A stretch of 64,000 nt of DNA from assembly GCA_965223325.1 (NCBI GenBank), contig CBDCWI010000002.1, positions 2,720,001-2,784,000 of the forward strand, written 5' to 3'. The translations under genes were made by a program, and so were the position numbers. Under the pieces are notes generated by a model. It saw nothing but the letters and a program-made list of their open reading frames with translations, was not told where the DNA came from and ran no database searches. The stretch is from Candidatus Multivoradales bacterium. Lineage in GTDB: Bacteria; Acidobacteriota; Thermoanaerobaculia; Multivoradales; Multivoraceae. The number at the start of each line of letters is the position of its first letter. The stretch's first letter is position 1. This document shows positions 40,126-50,500 of the stretch, piece after piece.

Positions 40126-41132
40126 GGGTTCCGGGCCTCGCCCTTTGGGGCCAGAAGACCCTGGCCGTCGAACCACGCATAGGCAGCACGCACGGTTTCG
40201 GTCAGCGGTCGGGGGCGCAGGCCGAGCTCCCGCTGGGCCTTCGAGTTGTCGAGGCGAGGGTTGGCACGGAGCGCCTCGAGCGACTCGCCGGTAAAGAGCG
40301 GTTCTCGGCCCACCAGACGTGACCAGTAGGTGGCCACTGGAGCCGCCAGACTTGCCAGGCCCATCGGCACAACCAGCCGCGGAGAAGCTACACCAGTGAC
40401 GCCGCTGGCGACCTTCGCCACCTCTGCGATCGAGTGATAGTGGCCGGAAACCAAGTAGCTCTCGTTCGTACGCCCAACAGCGGCTGCGGCATGAAGCGCC
40501 GCCGAGACGTCCCTGACATCGACCCAGTCGAACCCACCGTCAACCACCGCCGGCAGGCGCTGGTGGTACAAATCGAGTAGCACCTGGCCCATGCGCGAGG
40601 GGCCATAGTCATGGGGCCCCAGAACGCCGGTCGGGTGAACGATGACCGCATCGAGGCCCTCGGCAATCGTCGCGCGCACGGCTGCCTCGCCCAGCGCTTT
40701 CGAACGATCGTAGGCGTTGTGGCGCGCGCCGGTCTCCGTCACCCTCTGTGTGCCCTCGTTGACCTCCCGCCCGTCATCACGCAGGTCGAATGCATGCACG
40801 GACGAACAGTGCACCAGACGGCCTACTCCAGCCTCCAGGCAGGCTCGGGCTACATTCAGAGCGCCGTTGGCGTTGGTCTCGTGCACCAGCCCCTGCGGGT
40901 CGCCGACAATCGAGATCATTGCCGCCAGGTGGTAGACCACCGTTACTCCAGAACAGGCGCGAGCTAGCGTTTGTGGATCGCGCACGTCGCCACTGACGCG
41001 CTCGACCTCGAGCCCTTCGAGTGCCGACGAAACACGATGGACCAGAACCCGAACACGCTCCCCGCGAGCCAGCAGGTGGCGAACCAGGTTCGCACCCACG
41101 TGCCCGGAGGCGCCGGTCACGAGAGCAGTCAC
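40122..41132 (-). CDS. Extended SDR / NAD-dependent epimerase-dehydratase (3-beta-HSD/HpnA/DFR-like)
   Basis: TGASGHVG, VYHLAA, HCSS, YDRSKA and P.GVLGP.D motifs. Stop overlaps the ATG of the 5-alpha-reductase-like gene (ATGA). Start uncertain. Confidence 0.88.
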   Translation of the reverse strand: MTALVTGASGHVGANLVRHLLARGERVRVLVHRVSSALEGLEVERVSGDVRDPQTLARACSGVTVVYHLAAMISIVGDPQGLVHETNANGALNVARACLEAGVGRLVHCSSVHAFDLRDDGREVNEGTQRVTETGARHNAYDRSKALGEAAVRATIAEGLDAVIVHPTGVLGPHDYGPSRMGQVLLDLYHQRLPAVVDGGFDWVDVRDVSAALHAAAAVGRTNESYLVSGHYHSIAEVAKVASGVTGVASPRLVVPMGLASLAAPVATYWSRLVGREPLFTGESLEALRANPRLDNSKAQRELGLRPRPLTETVRAAYAWFDGQGLLAPKGEARNP

Positions 41133-41505
41133 CAGCCCCTCATGGGGCGGCGAAGGGTGGAATTGCGAATCGGGGGTTCCTCTCGAAGAGCGTTCGGGCC
41201 GTTGTCGGCAGAGCTTCGCACGGATCCGGCTGGGTTCTAGAGCATGCCTTTCTCGTTTCCCCCGCAAACGAGCCCATTCGCAGTTGGCAATGCCCGACTG
41301 CATTCCGGCCTGGACTCGCCGTCCCGGGAGTTCGCCGCCGCTCGCTTCACGGTAGATTCCATACACAAATCCTCTCACCCAGCAAACCGCTCCGAAACCG
41401 AGATGCCTTTAGGGGCTCTGACTCGCCGGTTCGAGATGCTGGGCCCCGGCAGGTTCGTGCCTATCTTGGTCAAGAAGCGCGCTACTGCGCCTCGGAAGGA
41501 AAGCC

Positions 41506-44500
41506 ATGCGTACTCTCACTCCCCTCTCTCTTGCCCTGCTCCTACTCACTGCAACGGGCACCTGGGCCGCCGAACCAGCCACCAAACTACTCCGCTTCCC
41601 GGACATTGCCGGAGATCAACTGGTGTTCTCGTATGCCGGCGACCTGTGGAAGGCCTCGACCGCGGGGGGAACCGCGGTGCGGCTCACGGCACATCCTGGA
41701 GTCGAGCTGTTTGCGAAGTTCTCTCCCGACGGCCAGTGGATTGCGTTCACCGGCCAGTACGACGGCGATGAACAGGTCTACGTCATTCCCGCCGCTGGAG
41801 GTGCCCCAGTGCAGCTCACCTTCTACCCGGCACGCGGGCCGCTACCTCCCCGTTGGGGCTACGACAACCAGGTCTATGGCTGGACTCCGGACGGTAAGAG
41901 CGTTCTCTTCCGCTCGCTTCGTGACGCCGACGGCATCCGCGCCAACTCCAACCTCTACACCGTTTCGGCTGAAGGCGGTCTGCCGGTCAGGCTGCCAATG
42001 CCCGACTCGGGCGCAGGCGCCTTTTCACCGGACGGCAAGAGCGTTGTGTACTCGCCGCTTTCGCGCGACTTTCGTACCTGGAAGCGCTATGAAGGCGGTT
42101 GGGCACAAGACCTCTACACGTTTGACCTCGACAGTTTCGAGATCACACCAATCGCCCATCATGTACGCACCGAGCGTGACCCGATGTGGGTAGGCAACGC
42201 CATCTACTTCGTTTCCGATCGCGACGACACCCTCAATCTGTACCGCTCGAGCGAGGACGGCGAAACGGTCGAGCAGCTGACGACCAACGACGAATGGGAC
42301 GTGCGGTGGGCAAGTGCTGATCCCGACGGCCAGATCGTCTACGAGCAGGGAGGCGAGCTGGCGATCTACGACACGCGCTCGGGCAAGATCACACAGCCGT
42401 CGATCTTCGTGCCCAATGACGGCCTCGCGGCGCGACCCAAGCGACAGTCGGCTGCCGAACAGCTCGAAGACTGGGAGCTTTCACCGGCAGGCGAACGGGC
42501 GCTCTTCGTCGCCCGCGGCGACATCTTCACCGCACCGATCGAAAGCGGGCCGACGCGCAATCTCACGCGCTCCTCTACGGCACATGACAAGCACGCGCGT
42601 TGGTCGCCCGACGGTCGCTGGATTGCCTTCGTTTCCGACATGCACGAAGAGGAGCAGCTCTACATCGTTCCTCAGGCCGGTGGTGTCGTCCAACGCCTGA
42701 CGGAGTTCACGCCCGAGACCGGCATGCTGTTCGCACCGCAGTGGTCACCCGACAGCAAGCACCTGGCAATCACCGACAAGAACGGCAAGCTCTACGTCGT
42801 GGCAGTCGACGGTAAGACTCAAATCGAAGTCGCCGACGAAGAGTACGGCCTGATCAACGACCAGAGCTGGTCACCGGATAGCAGGTGGCTGGCCTTTTCG
42901 CTCAACGAGCGTAACGGCAACAGCTCGCTCCACATCTGGAGTGCCAAAGAAGGAACAACGCGCCGCATCACCAGCGACCTCTGGAACGAATATGGCCCGG
43001 AGTGGGGCCCTCTAGGCAACTACCTCTTCTACATGTCCGAGCGCCAGTTCGCGCCGCAGATCTCGCAGGTCGAGTGGAACTTCGCCGGCAACCGCATGAC
43101 CGGCATCTTCGCGCTCGCCCTCACCAAAGACACCGAGCATCCGTTCCCTCCCAAGAGCGACGAAGTCGAGATCGCCGAGGAATCAGACGAGGGCGAGGGT
43201 CAAGAAGACGAGGGCGATGACGAGGGCGATGACGAGGAGTCAGGAGATGGCGACGGCACGTCCGGCGAAGCCGACGTCGACATCGACTTCGATGGCCTCG
43301 CCGAACGTGTTGCGCAGGTGCCGATTGCCGCCGACAACATCGCAACCTTCGTGCCGCTCGACGGAAAGCTGCTCTACATGTTGGTCGGCGAGCCCTACTA
43401 CGGGCGCTCGAGCACCTCACAACCGTCACTGCATCTCTTCGACTACGAAGAGCGCGAGAGCAGCGAGCTCGCCGGCGGTGTCAGCGGCTGGGCGCTCTCA
43501 CCGAACGGTTCGAAGGTTCTGGCGCGTCATGGCAGCTCGTTCAAGGTCTACGACACCAAACCGGGCGATAGCGGAAAGCCCGTATCGACGAGCGGTCTCG
43601 AGGTCGACATCGTGCCTGCCGACGAATGGGCCACCATCTTCGACGAGGTCTGGCGCCGCTTCCGCGACTTCTTCTACGTCGACAACATGCACGGCTACGA
43701 CTGGCAGGGAATCGGCGAGCGCTACCAGACGCTGCTCGCCCACGTCGGCCACCGCTCCGACCTCAACTACGTCATTGGCGAGATGATCGCCGAGCTGAAC
43801 GTCGGCCATGCCTACATCGCCGGCGGCGACTTCGACCTGCCCGAACGGCCAACCGTCGCCCTCCCGGGAGCGCGCTTTATCCTCGACGAGAAGAGCAACC
43901 GCTTCAAGATCGCCGAGATCATGACCGGGCACAACGCCGAGTCGAGGTATCGGGCGCCGCTCACCGAGGTCGGTGTCGACGCCCGTGTCGGTGACTATCT
44001 GCTGGCGATCGATGGCACCGAGCTTGACGGTTCTGACAACCCCTATCGACTCCTGCGCTACAAAACCGATCCCGTCACTCTCACCCTCGCAGCGGCGTCT
44101 GACGCCCCAAGAGACGACCGGAGAGAGGTCACCTTCCAGCCGGTAACGAGCGAAGCGAGCCTCCTCTACCTCAGTCAGGTCGAAGCCAACCGCCGTTGGG
44201 TCGACAAGGAGAGCGGTGGCCGGGTGGGGTACCTCCACATCCCCGACATGGGAGCGAGCGGCGCCTACGAGTTCGTCAAGTGGTACTACCCTCAGATCCG
44301 CAAGGAAGGGCTCGTCGTCGACGTGCGATCGAACGGCGGCGGCAACATCTCGCAGTGGCTCATCGAGCGGCTCGATTCGAAGCTCCTCGGAACCCGCTTC
44401 AGCTTCTCGAACGACACCGCGTCGACCTACCCCAACACCGTCTTTCACGGCCACATGGTGTGCCTGATCAACGAAACCTCGGCCTCAGACGGTGACATCT

Positions 44501-44832
44501 TCCCGTCGCGCTTCCGCGAGGCCGGCCTTGGGCCGCTGATCGGAAAACGCAGCTGGGGCGGTGTCGTTGGGATCTCGAGCTTCGGCCCGCTGCTCGACGG
44601 TGGTTCGGTCTTCGTTCCGCTGGCCTCGACCAACGACACCGAAGGCAACTACATCATCGAGGGCTACGGCGTCGATCCCGACATCGAAGTCTGGAACGAC
44701 CCTGCCTCGGTCATCGCCGGCCGCGACCCGCAACTGGAACGCGGTCTCTCCGAAGTCATGACGGCGATGGAACGCGAACCAAAGAAGTTGCCCGAGCGCC
44801 CAGCCGACCCCGTCAAGACCAAAACGCCCTGA
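41506..44832 (+). CDS. Tricorn protease homolog (S41 family)
   Basis: LLRFPDI, beta-propeller repeats, WKRYEGG, ELNVGH, PDZ region, GYLHIPDM, DVRSNGGG, SASDGD and GKRSWGG motifs. Confidence 0.95.
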   Translation: MRTLTPLSLALLLLTATGTWAAEPATKLLRFPDIAGDQLVFSYAGDLWKASTAGGTAVRLTAHPGVELFAKFSPDGQWIAFTGQYDGDEQVYVIPAAGGAPVQLTFYPARGPLPPRWGYDNQVYGWTPDGKSVLFRSLRDADGIRANSNLYTVSAEGGLPVRLPMPDSGAGAFSPDGKSVVYSPLSRDFRTWKRYEGGWAQDLYTFDLDSFEITPIAHHVRTERDPMWVGNAIYFVSDRDDTLNLYRSSEDGETVEQLTTNDEWDVRWASADPDGQIVYEQGGELAIYDTRSGKITQPSIFVPNDGLAARPKRQSAAEQLEDWELSPAGERALFVARGDIFTAPIESGPTRNLTRSSTAHDKHARWSPDGRWIAFVSDMHEEEQLYIVPQAGGVVQRLTEFTPETGMLFAPQWSPDSKHLAITDKNGKLYVVAVDGKTQIEVADEEYGLINDQSWSPDSRWLAFSLNERNGNSSLHIWSAKEGTTRRITSDLWNEYGPEWGPLGNYLFYMSERQFAPQISQVEWNFAGNRMTGIFALALTKDTEHPFPPKSDEVEIAEESDEGEGQEDEGDDEGDDEESGDGDGTSGEADVDIDFDGLAERVAQVPIAADNIATFVPLDGKLLYMLVGEPYYGRSSTSQPSLHLFDYEERESSELAGGVSGWALSPNGSKVLARHGSSFKVYDTKPGDSGKPVSTSGLEVDIVPADEWATIFDEVWRRFRDFFYVDNMHGYDWQGIGERYQTLLAHVGHRSDLNYVIGEMIAELNVGHAYIAGGDFDLPERPTVALPGARFILDEKSNRFKIAEIMTGHNAESRYRAPLTEVGVDARVGDYLLAIDGTELDGSDNPYRLLRYKTDPVTLTLAAASDAPRDDRREVTFQPVTSEASLLYLSQVEANRRWVDKESGGRVGYLHIPDMGASGAYEFVKWYYPQIRKEGLVVDVRSNGGGNISQWLIERLDSKLLGTRFSFSNDTASTYPNTVFHGHMVCLINETSASDGDIFPSRFREAGLGPLIGKRSWGGVVGISSFGPLLDGGSVFVPLASTNDTEGNYIIEGYGVDPDIEVWNDPASVIAGRDPQLERGLSEVMTAMEREPKKLPERPADPVKTKTP

Positions 44833-44871
44833 GCCCCGACGGGCTCGGGCCGTGCCGAGGAATCTCGAGAG

Positions 44872-45558
44872 ATGCTGAACCAACTCGCCAAGAACATCTG
44901 GGAGTGTCCACAGGCCCTCCGGTTCGTAGGAGCCGAGATTGGCTGCCGCATGACCTGCGTTCGCCTGCAGTCTGGTGATGTCGTGGTGCACTCCCCCATC
45001 CGGGGAAGCGAACCCCTCTACGCCGAGGTCGAGAAACTAGGCAGGGTTCGGTGGCTCGTCGCGCCCAACGCCTTCCACCACCTCTTCGTCAAGGCGTGGT
45101 GGGAGCGCTTTCCTGAAGCCACCGCGCTCGTCGCACCCAAGCTGCACAAGAAGCGCCCGGACCTCGCCAACGCACCGACCCTGGCAGACATCCCATCGAC
45201 ATGGGGAGACGAACTCCAAGCGATCGCGATCGCGGGCCTACCGACCATCGACGAGCACGTCTTCTTTCACCGCCCCTCCGCCACCCTGATCCTCACAGAT
45301 CTCGCTTTCCACTTCGGCCGTGACAGCCCGTTCCTGACCCGCTGGATGATTCGACTAACCGGAAGGCTCGGCAAGCTCGCTCCAACACTGCTCGAACGAC
45401 TGCTGGTAAGAAACCGCAAGCAGTTCAAGGCGTCTCTAGAGCAAGTCCTCGAGTGGCCATTCGAGAGGGTCGTGGTTTCTCACGGCGAGATTCTCGAGAG
45501 CAAAACGGCCCGCGATGCCCTGGCCGAAGGCTACGACTGGCTGGGAGTTGCAACCTGA
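44872..45558 (+). CDS. DUF4336 domain protein (MBL-like)
   Basis: RMT.VRL, HSP, VAPNAFHHLF, E.VFFH.PS.TLILTD and VSHGE motifs. Confidence 0.85.
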   Translation: MLNQLAKNIWECPQALRFVGAEIGCRMTCVRLQSGDVVVHSPIRGSEPLYAEVEKLGRVRWLVAPNAFHHLFVKAWWERFPEATALVAPKLHKKRPDLANAPTLADIPSTWGDELQAIAIAGLPTIDEHVFFHRPSATLILTDLAFHFGRDSPFLTRWMIRLTGRLGKLAPTLLERLLVRNRKQFKASLEQVLEWPFERVVVSHGEILESKTARDALAEGYDWLGVAT

Positions 45559-45694
45559 CTGACTTCGGCGCGCACCGAAACGAGGTTGCAAGCTGGCGAA
45601 GCTCTCGGAGACCAACCCCCGGAGAGAGGAAGGGGACCGGAGAATCGAATAGACGAGGACCCGCAACCGCCAGAGCGCCTGCACAAACCAGACA

Positions 45695-46266
45695 ACGGTG
45701 CCACGCACTCGCACCTCCGGCGCGAGCCCGCGCCACCTCACGAGTCCGCAAGCCCGCGAGTCTCCCGAAGGCCCGAGCCATCGAAGACGCAAACGACCCG
45801 CAGGGCAAGGCAAAGGGATTCGTTGCCGAGACTGCACGCCGAAGGCGTAAAGTCGAATCAGCCGTAGATTCCACCGCCGCCTGCCGCAGCGGTTTCAAAC
45901 GACGGTGGCACGCACTCGCACCTACGGCGCGAGCCCGCACCACCTCACCATCCGCGAGTCCGCAAGCCCGCGAGTCTCCCGAAGGCCCGAGCCATCGAAG
46001 ACGCAAACGACCCGCAGGGCAAGGCAAAGGGATTCGTTGCCGAGACTACACGCCGAAGGCGTGAAGTCGAGTCAGCCGGAGAATCCCATTGGGGATTCAT
46101 CGGGCGGAGCCCAAGCCGAGAGTCCGCTACGGCAACAACAACGTAGGCGCCGAAGAGGACTACGTCTCGAACCCGTACAGCCGGGATTCGTTGCCGAGAC
46201 TACACGCCGAAGGCGTGAAGTCGAGTCAGCCGGAGAATCCCATTGGGGATTCATCGGGCGGAGCCC
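45695..46266. repeat. Mosaic direct-repeat region downstream of tRNA-Glu
   Basis: A ~170-bp segment occurs at 45695-45864 and 45902-46078. An identical 84-bp segment occurs at 46029-46112 and 46183-46266, with a partial copy at 45815-45864. Confidence 0.92.
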
Positions 46267-46268
46267 GA

Positions 46269-46346
46269 TGGTATCCCCAACGGGATTCGAACCCGTGTCG
46301 CCAGCTTGAAAGGCTGGTGTCCTAGACCTGGCTAGACGATGGGGAC
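46269..46346 (-). tRNA. tRNA-Glu (TTC)
   Basis: Reverse complement GTCCCCATCGTCTAGCCAGGTCTAGGACACCAGCCTTTCAAGCTGGCGACACGGGTTCGAATCCCGTTGGGGATACCA; CCA is encoded. Confidence 0.96.
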
Positions 46347-46414
46347 ATTGGTATCGGACAAACGGCCGCCACTCTTCCTAGAAAGAAAGACTACCGGTAG
46401 AGGTAGGCGGCTCG

Positions 46415-46487
46415 TGGGCCGTGAGGGGATCGAACCCCCGACCCGCGGATTAAAAGTCCGCCGCTCTACCAACTGAGCTAACGGCCC
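46415..46487 (-). tRNA. tRNA-Lys (TTT)
   Basis: Reverse complement GGGCCGTTAGCTCAGTTGGTAGAGCGGCGGACTTTTAATCCGCGGGTCGGGGGTTCGATCCCCTCACGGCCCA; CCA is not encoded. Confidence 0.96.
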
Positions 46488-46500
46488 GGCGGGCATTATA
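46488..46500 (-). promoter_or_regulatory. Sigma70 -10 box and GC-rich discriminator of the tRNA operon
   Basis: TATAAT (46500-46495 on the minus strand), then GCCCGCC, then the tRNA-Lys 5' end. Confidence 0.75.
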
Positions 46501-46581
46501 GCGATTCGATCGCTCGCCGGAAGGCCCTTCCAACACGGAGAAGAACGAAGAGAATTCCGCTCCATGACGTAAGGTCCCTCC

Positions 46582-47472
46582 ATGGCACTCCGCAGGATCC
46601 TGCGCAAGACTCCGGCGCATGTGACCACGGCCCACATCTACGAGATCCCAGCGCATCTCCTAGGTCAACCGCTGGCTTCGGTGTGGCGCCGCAGCGTCGC
46701 CATCGCCGTCGACTTCGTCTCAGCGGTCGTCATCGCCACACCGATCCTGTTGTTGCTCGCGCTTCTAGCAATTCGCATTCAAGCACCCGCCGCAGCCGAA
46801 GCACTGCGCGCGGCGTTCTCGTTCACCACCAGCGACGACAATACGTCGACCCCAGAAGAAGGCACCGCGCAGAACGAGCAGCTGGCCAGCGACTGGGAGA
46901 TCGAGCTCCTCCAGCTGGTCGCTAAGCGACGGCCCGACCTGCTCTCTGAAGACATCACGCTCGCCCTGGCCTCCAACGACCGGGCGGCCTTCGCCCGCGC
47001 CACCGAGGGTCTGAGCTTGCAGTTCGACCTCGGAGCGGAGCCCGACTCACGCTTCGACGCATCCAGCAACACCCTCAACCTGCGGCGCGACGTTCTCTAC
47101 GGACCGTTCGCCTCGACCTTCAGCTACTTCGTTCTGGTGCTCGCCTACTTCACCCTCCTGACCCGAATCGGCCGGGGGTGGACGCTGGGAAAGTGGCTGG
47201 CTGGCATTCGCGTCGTTCGGCTCGACGGCAAGGCTTGGACGTTGTGGTCTTCGTTCGGGCGTGCGGGTGGCTATGGTGCCAGCCTCTCGACCTTTGGCCT
47301 CGGGTTCCTCCAGGCCTTGTGGAACCGCAACCGCCAGGCGCTTCACGATCGCATCGCCGAAACCGTCGTCGTCCGAGCGCAGCGCCTGGGTAGACACAGA
47401 AGGCGGACGGCACCAGAGAACGAAACCGCGAAGCGAAAAGAAAGCGATACCGAAGTTCCCGAAGGCGCCTGA
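46582..47472 (+). CDS. RDD family membrane protein
   Basis: LASVWRR..A..VD, G.TLGKWLAGIRVV..DG and RQALHDRIAET.VV motifs. Confidence 0.88.
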   Translation: MALRRILRKTPAHVTTAHIYEIPAHLLGQPLASVWRRSVAIAVDFVSAVVIATPILLLLALLAIRIQAPAAAEALRAAFSFTTSDDNTSTPEEGTAQNEQLASDWEIELLQLVAKRRPDLLSEDITLALASNDRAAFARATEGLSLQFDLGAEPDSRFDASSNTLNLRRDVLYGPFASTFSYFVLVLAYFTLLTRIGRGWTLGKWLAGIRVVRLDGKAWTLWSSFGRAGGYGASLSTFGLGFLQALWNRNRQALHDRIAETVVVRAQRLGRHRRRTAPENETAKRKESDTEVPEGA

Positions 47473-47515
47473 CGCGCTAGGGTGGTCGTTCCCGTAGACC
47501 TCAGGAAACGACTCG

Positions 47516-50500
47516 GTGACCAACGACGAGAAGGAAAGAGCGGCCTCAACGGGTTATCGCGACCCGCGCGCCCGCGAGGGTGGCCTAGCCCTGGCGGGCC
47601 TCTTGGGGCTTTCTGTCTTGCAGCCACTGTTCGGGTTGCTGGCGAAGAACCCGGGGTTCTTGACAGCGCACCAACTTCTCGAAGGGCGGCTGATTGGCTT
47701 CGCTCTGTTCATTGGTCTGGGGGTACCGGCCCTTCTTGGCGCGGCCTATCTGACCCTTCGCCGGCTTCCGCCGCGCCTTCTCCTCGCCCACGGCGTCGCA
47801 GCAGTGCTCTTTGGCGTCATGGGCGCCGCGTTCGCCCTTCAGATCATCAAGCGCACGAGCCTCGACCCCAGCCTCACGGTCGGACTTGCCATGCTGCTCG
47901 GTCTCGCTGCGGCGGTTGGTTTCTGGCGCATCGCCGAACTGCGCCAGTTCGCCGGCCTGCTGGCGCTCGGGCTTCTGGTCTACCCACTGGTCTTCCTGCT
48001 CAACAAAGACATCAAGCCGCTCCTTAGAGCAGCACCCGCCCAGGATGCCGATCTCGAGGACACCCTCTCGCCCGAGGTTCCGAAGGTGCCGATTGTGCTC
48101 GTGGTCCTGGACGAGCTACCCGTCAACACCTTGATGACGGTTGACGAAGAGATCGACACCAAGCGCTTCCCCGGCTTCGCCAGACTCGCTCGTTCCTCGA
48201 CGTGGTATCGCAGAGCCACGGCAGCCGCAGAGTCGACCGCCAAGGCGATACCTGGAATCGTGACCGGAAATCTGCCCAGGCTCGACAGTGAGCCGGTCCT
48301 CGCTGAGTATCCGGACAATCTCTTCCGTTGGCTGGGCGCGAATGGCTACGAACTCGTCGTGACGCAGAATCACACGCTGCTCTGCCCGCGGCGTATGTGC
48401 GAAAAGAACCGAACCTCCGCTCCAGCTCCAGCCGGGTCACTGTTCTCCGACCTGGCGGTGCTCTACGGCTACGTGCTGGCGCCGGCGGCGTGGGTCGATC
48501 GCCTGCCAGCTGTCGATCAAACGTGGAGCGGGTTTCGAAGTGCCCGCACTCGAGCGGCAAGTGACACCGGCCCTCCGGCCCACTCCGTACCGAAGACCTT
48601 CGAGCGCTTTCTGGCGCAGATTTCCACCGAGACTCGGCAAAGTCTCTACTACCTGCATCTTGGTGTGCCTCATGTTCCGTGGAAGTACCTGCCATCGGGC
48701 CGCGAGTACGGGCCACTCGGCAAACCCGTCACGCCGCTCGGCTTTTCTCCGCCTCGCTGGGGAAGCGACGAATGGGTCACTACCGTCGCCTGGCAGCGTC
48801 ACGTTCTTCAAACCCAGTACACCGACCGTCTGCTCTCGCGGCTGCTCGACGATCTGGAGGCAAGGGGTCTGTGGTCAGAGGCGCTTCTGATCGTCACCGC
48901 CGATCACGGCACCAGCTTCCGGCCCAACCTTGGTCGCCGGGTCATCGAGCAACCGCCGGGTGCTGGCAAGCCGAAGAATCCGCGACACATCGTCTACGAA
49001 AATCTCGAGGACATTCTCGAGGTTCCGCTGTTTATCAAGCGGCCGGGGCAGGACGCGGGGGCGGTCTCTGACTATCCGAGCTCGACTCTCGACATCGTGG
49101 CCACGGTCGCCGATGTCCTCGGCGTCGAGGTGCCCTGGCCAACCGGCGGCACTGCGTTGTCTGCTGAACAACCTTGGGGTGAACGAACGCGCTACTACCA
49201 CACCGGAACTGGCGGTCTCGGAACGCTCGAGATCACGACCGACAACGAACGCCGACGCGCAGCCCTCGAACGCAAAGAGCGACTGCTGGGCTCCGGAGAT
49301 GACTCGTTGTTCGAGATCTCGCCGCACAAGAACCTGCTTGGTGCACCCGTTGCGCCGCTCGTTCAGGGCGAGGCCATACCGGGGCTCGGCTACGAGCTCG
49401 CCGACGCGTGGCTCTACGACAACATCGATCTCGACGCACACTTTCTACCGGCCCACGTCTTCGCCACACTCACCGGGCCAGAAGACACTCTCCTCGAGGT
49501 ACAGGACCAGTGGTTCGCCGTCGCGCTAGGAGGAGTGGTAAGGGCTGTGACCCGACCCATCTTGAGTGCGCGCGCGCTTCGACTGTCGGCGCTACTTCCT
49601 GAAGCGGTCTGGAAAGCGGGCTCTAACGAAGTCTCGATCTATCAGCTCGTGGGAGGCAACGCCCTCCGGCCCCTCTCTTCCGAGGGCCCGCAGCAGCCGG
49701 TTCAGCTCGTGGTTCTCGGTGACACCGTGCAGGCCCTCGAAGTCGCGCCTGGAAACCGTGTGCCGGTCGACCGTAACTCGGTCACCGGCTTGATTCGACT
49801 GCTCGACGATCGCATCGACGGTTCCGCTACCCGGCCCACCGACGGCCGTGCCTACGACGAGCTCTTCCTCTTTCGCGGCCCGGAGCTCCTCTATCGCGGA
49901 GTCGCCCATCGTCAGCAAGGCCCGGACGGCGACCAGGTCGGCAACTTCCGCCTCGAGATGTCGACCGAGCTGCTGGCCGAGAGAAGCAACCTGCGAGTGT
50001 TCGCTCGCGTCGGAGACGTTGCCAGCGAACTCCGGCGGTTCGGCGAAGGCCCGGCGAAGTTCTCCCTTCTGCCAGCTCGAGCAGGCAGGAACGACCGCGA
50101 CCGGGTCCAGCTCGAGTTGCCCGACCACACGATCATTCCCACCGCGCCTCGCAGGATCGTCGGCAACGTCGATCGCATCGCGGTCGAGGAGGAGGTTCTG
50201 GTCTTCGAGGGTTGGGCGCTCTATCGCACCGGCGACGAACCACCCCGGGAGTTCCGGCCCAGTGGCCTGGCGCTCCTCGTCAACGAGGTCGGGTACACCG
50301 GCGACTACCAGTCGCGTTCCTCTCCTACCGCCGAACGCGCGGAAGCCTTCCGAATCGAGCTGCCGCTCGACCGACTCGACCGGGAAGGCTTCTGGATCCG
50401 GCTCTTTGCGGTCACCCATGACGGCCAGGCAGGAGAACTCAAGCATCACGGCCGCCGCCTCACTCTGGTCGCGCGCGAGGCGGTGGGCTGGGGAGAGCCG

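Noticed and set aside
43160-43290. Acidic low-complexity stretch with gacgagggcgat repeats
   Set aside because: It is an in-frame Asp/Glu linker of the kind usual in tricorn homologs.
46269-46487. Prophage or genomic island integrated at the tRNAs
   Set aside because: No integrase or phage genes are present, and no distant direct repeat of either tRNA 3' end was noticed in the window.
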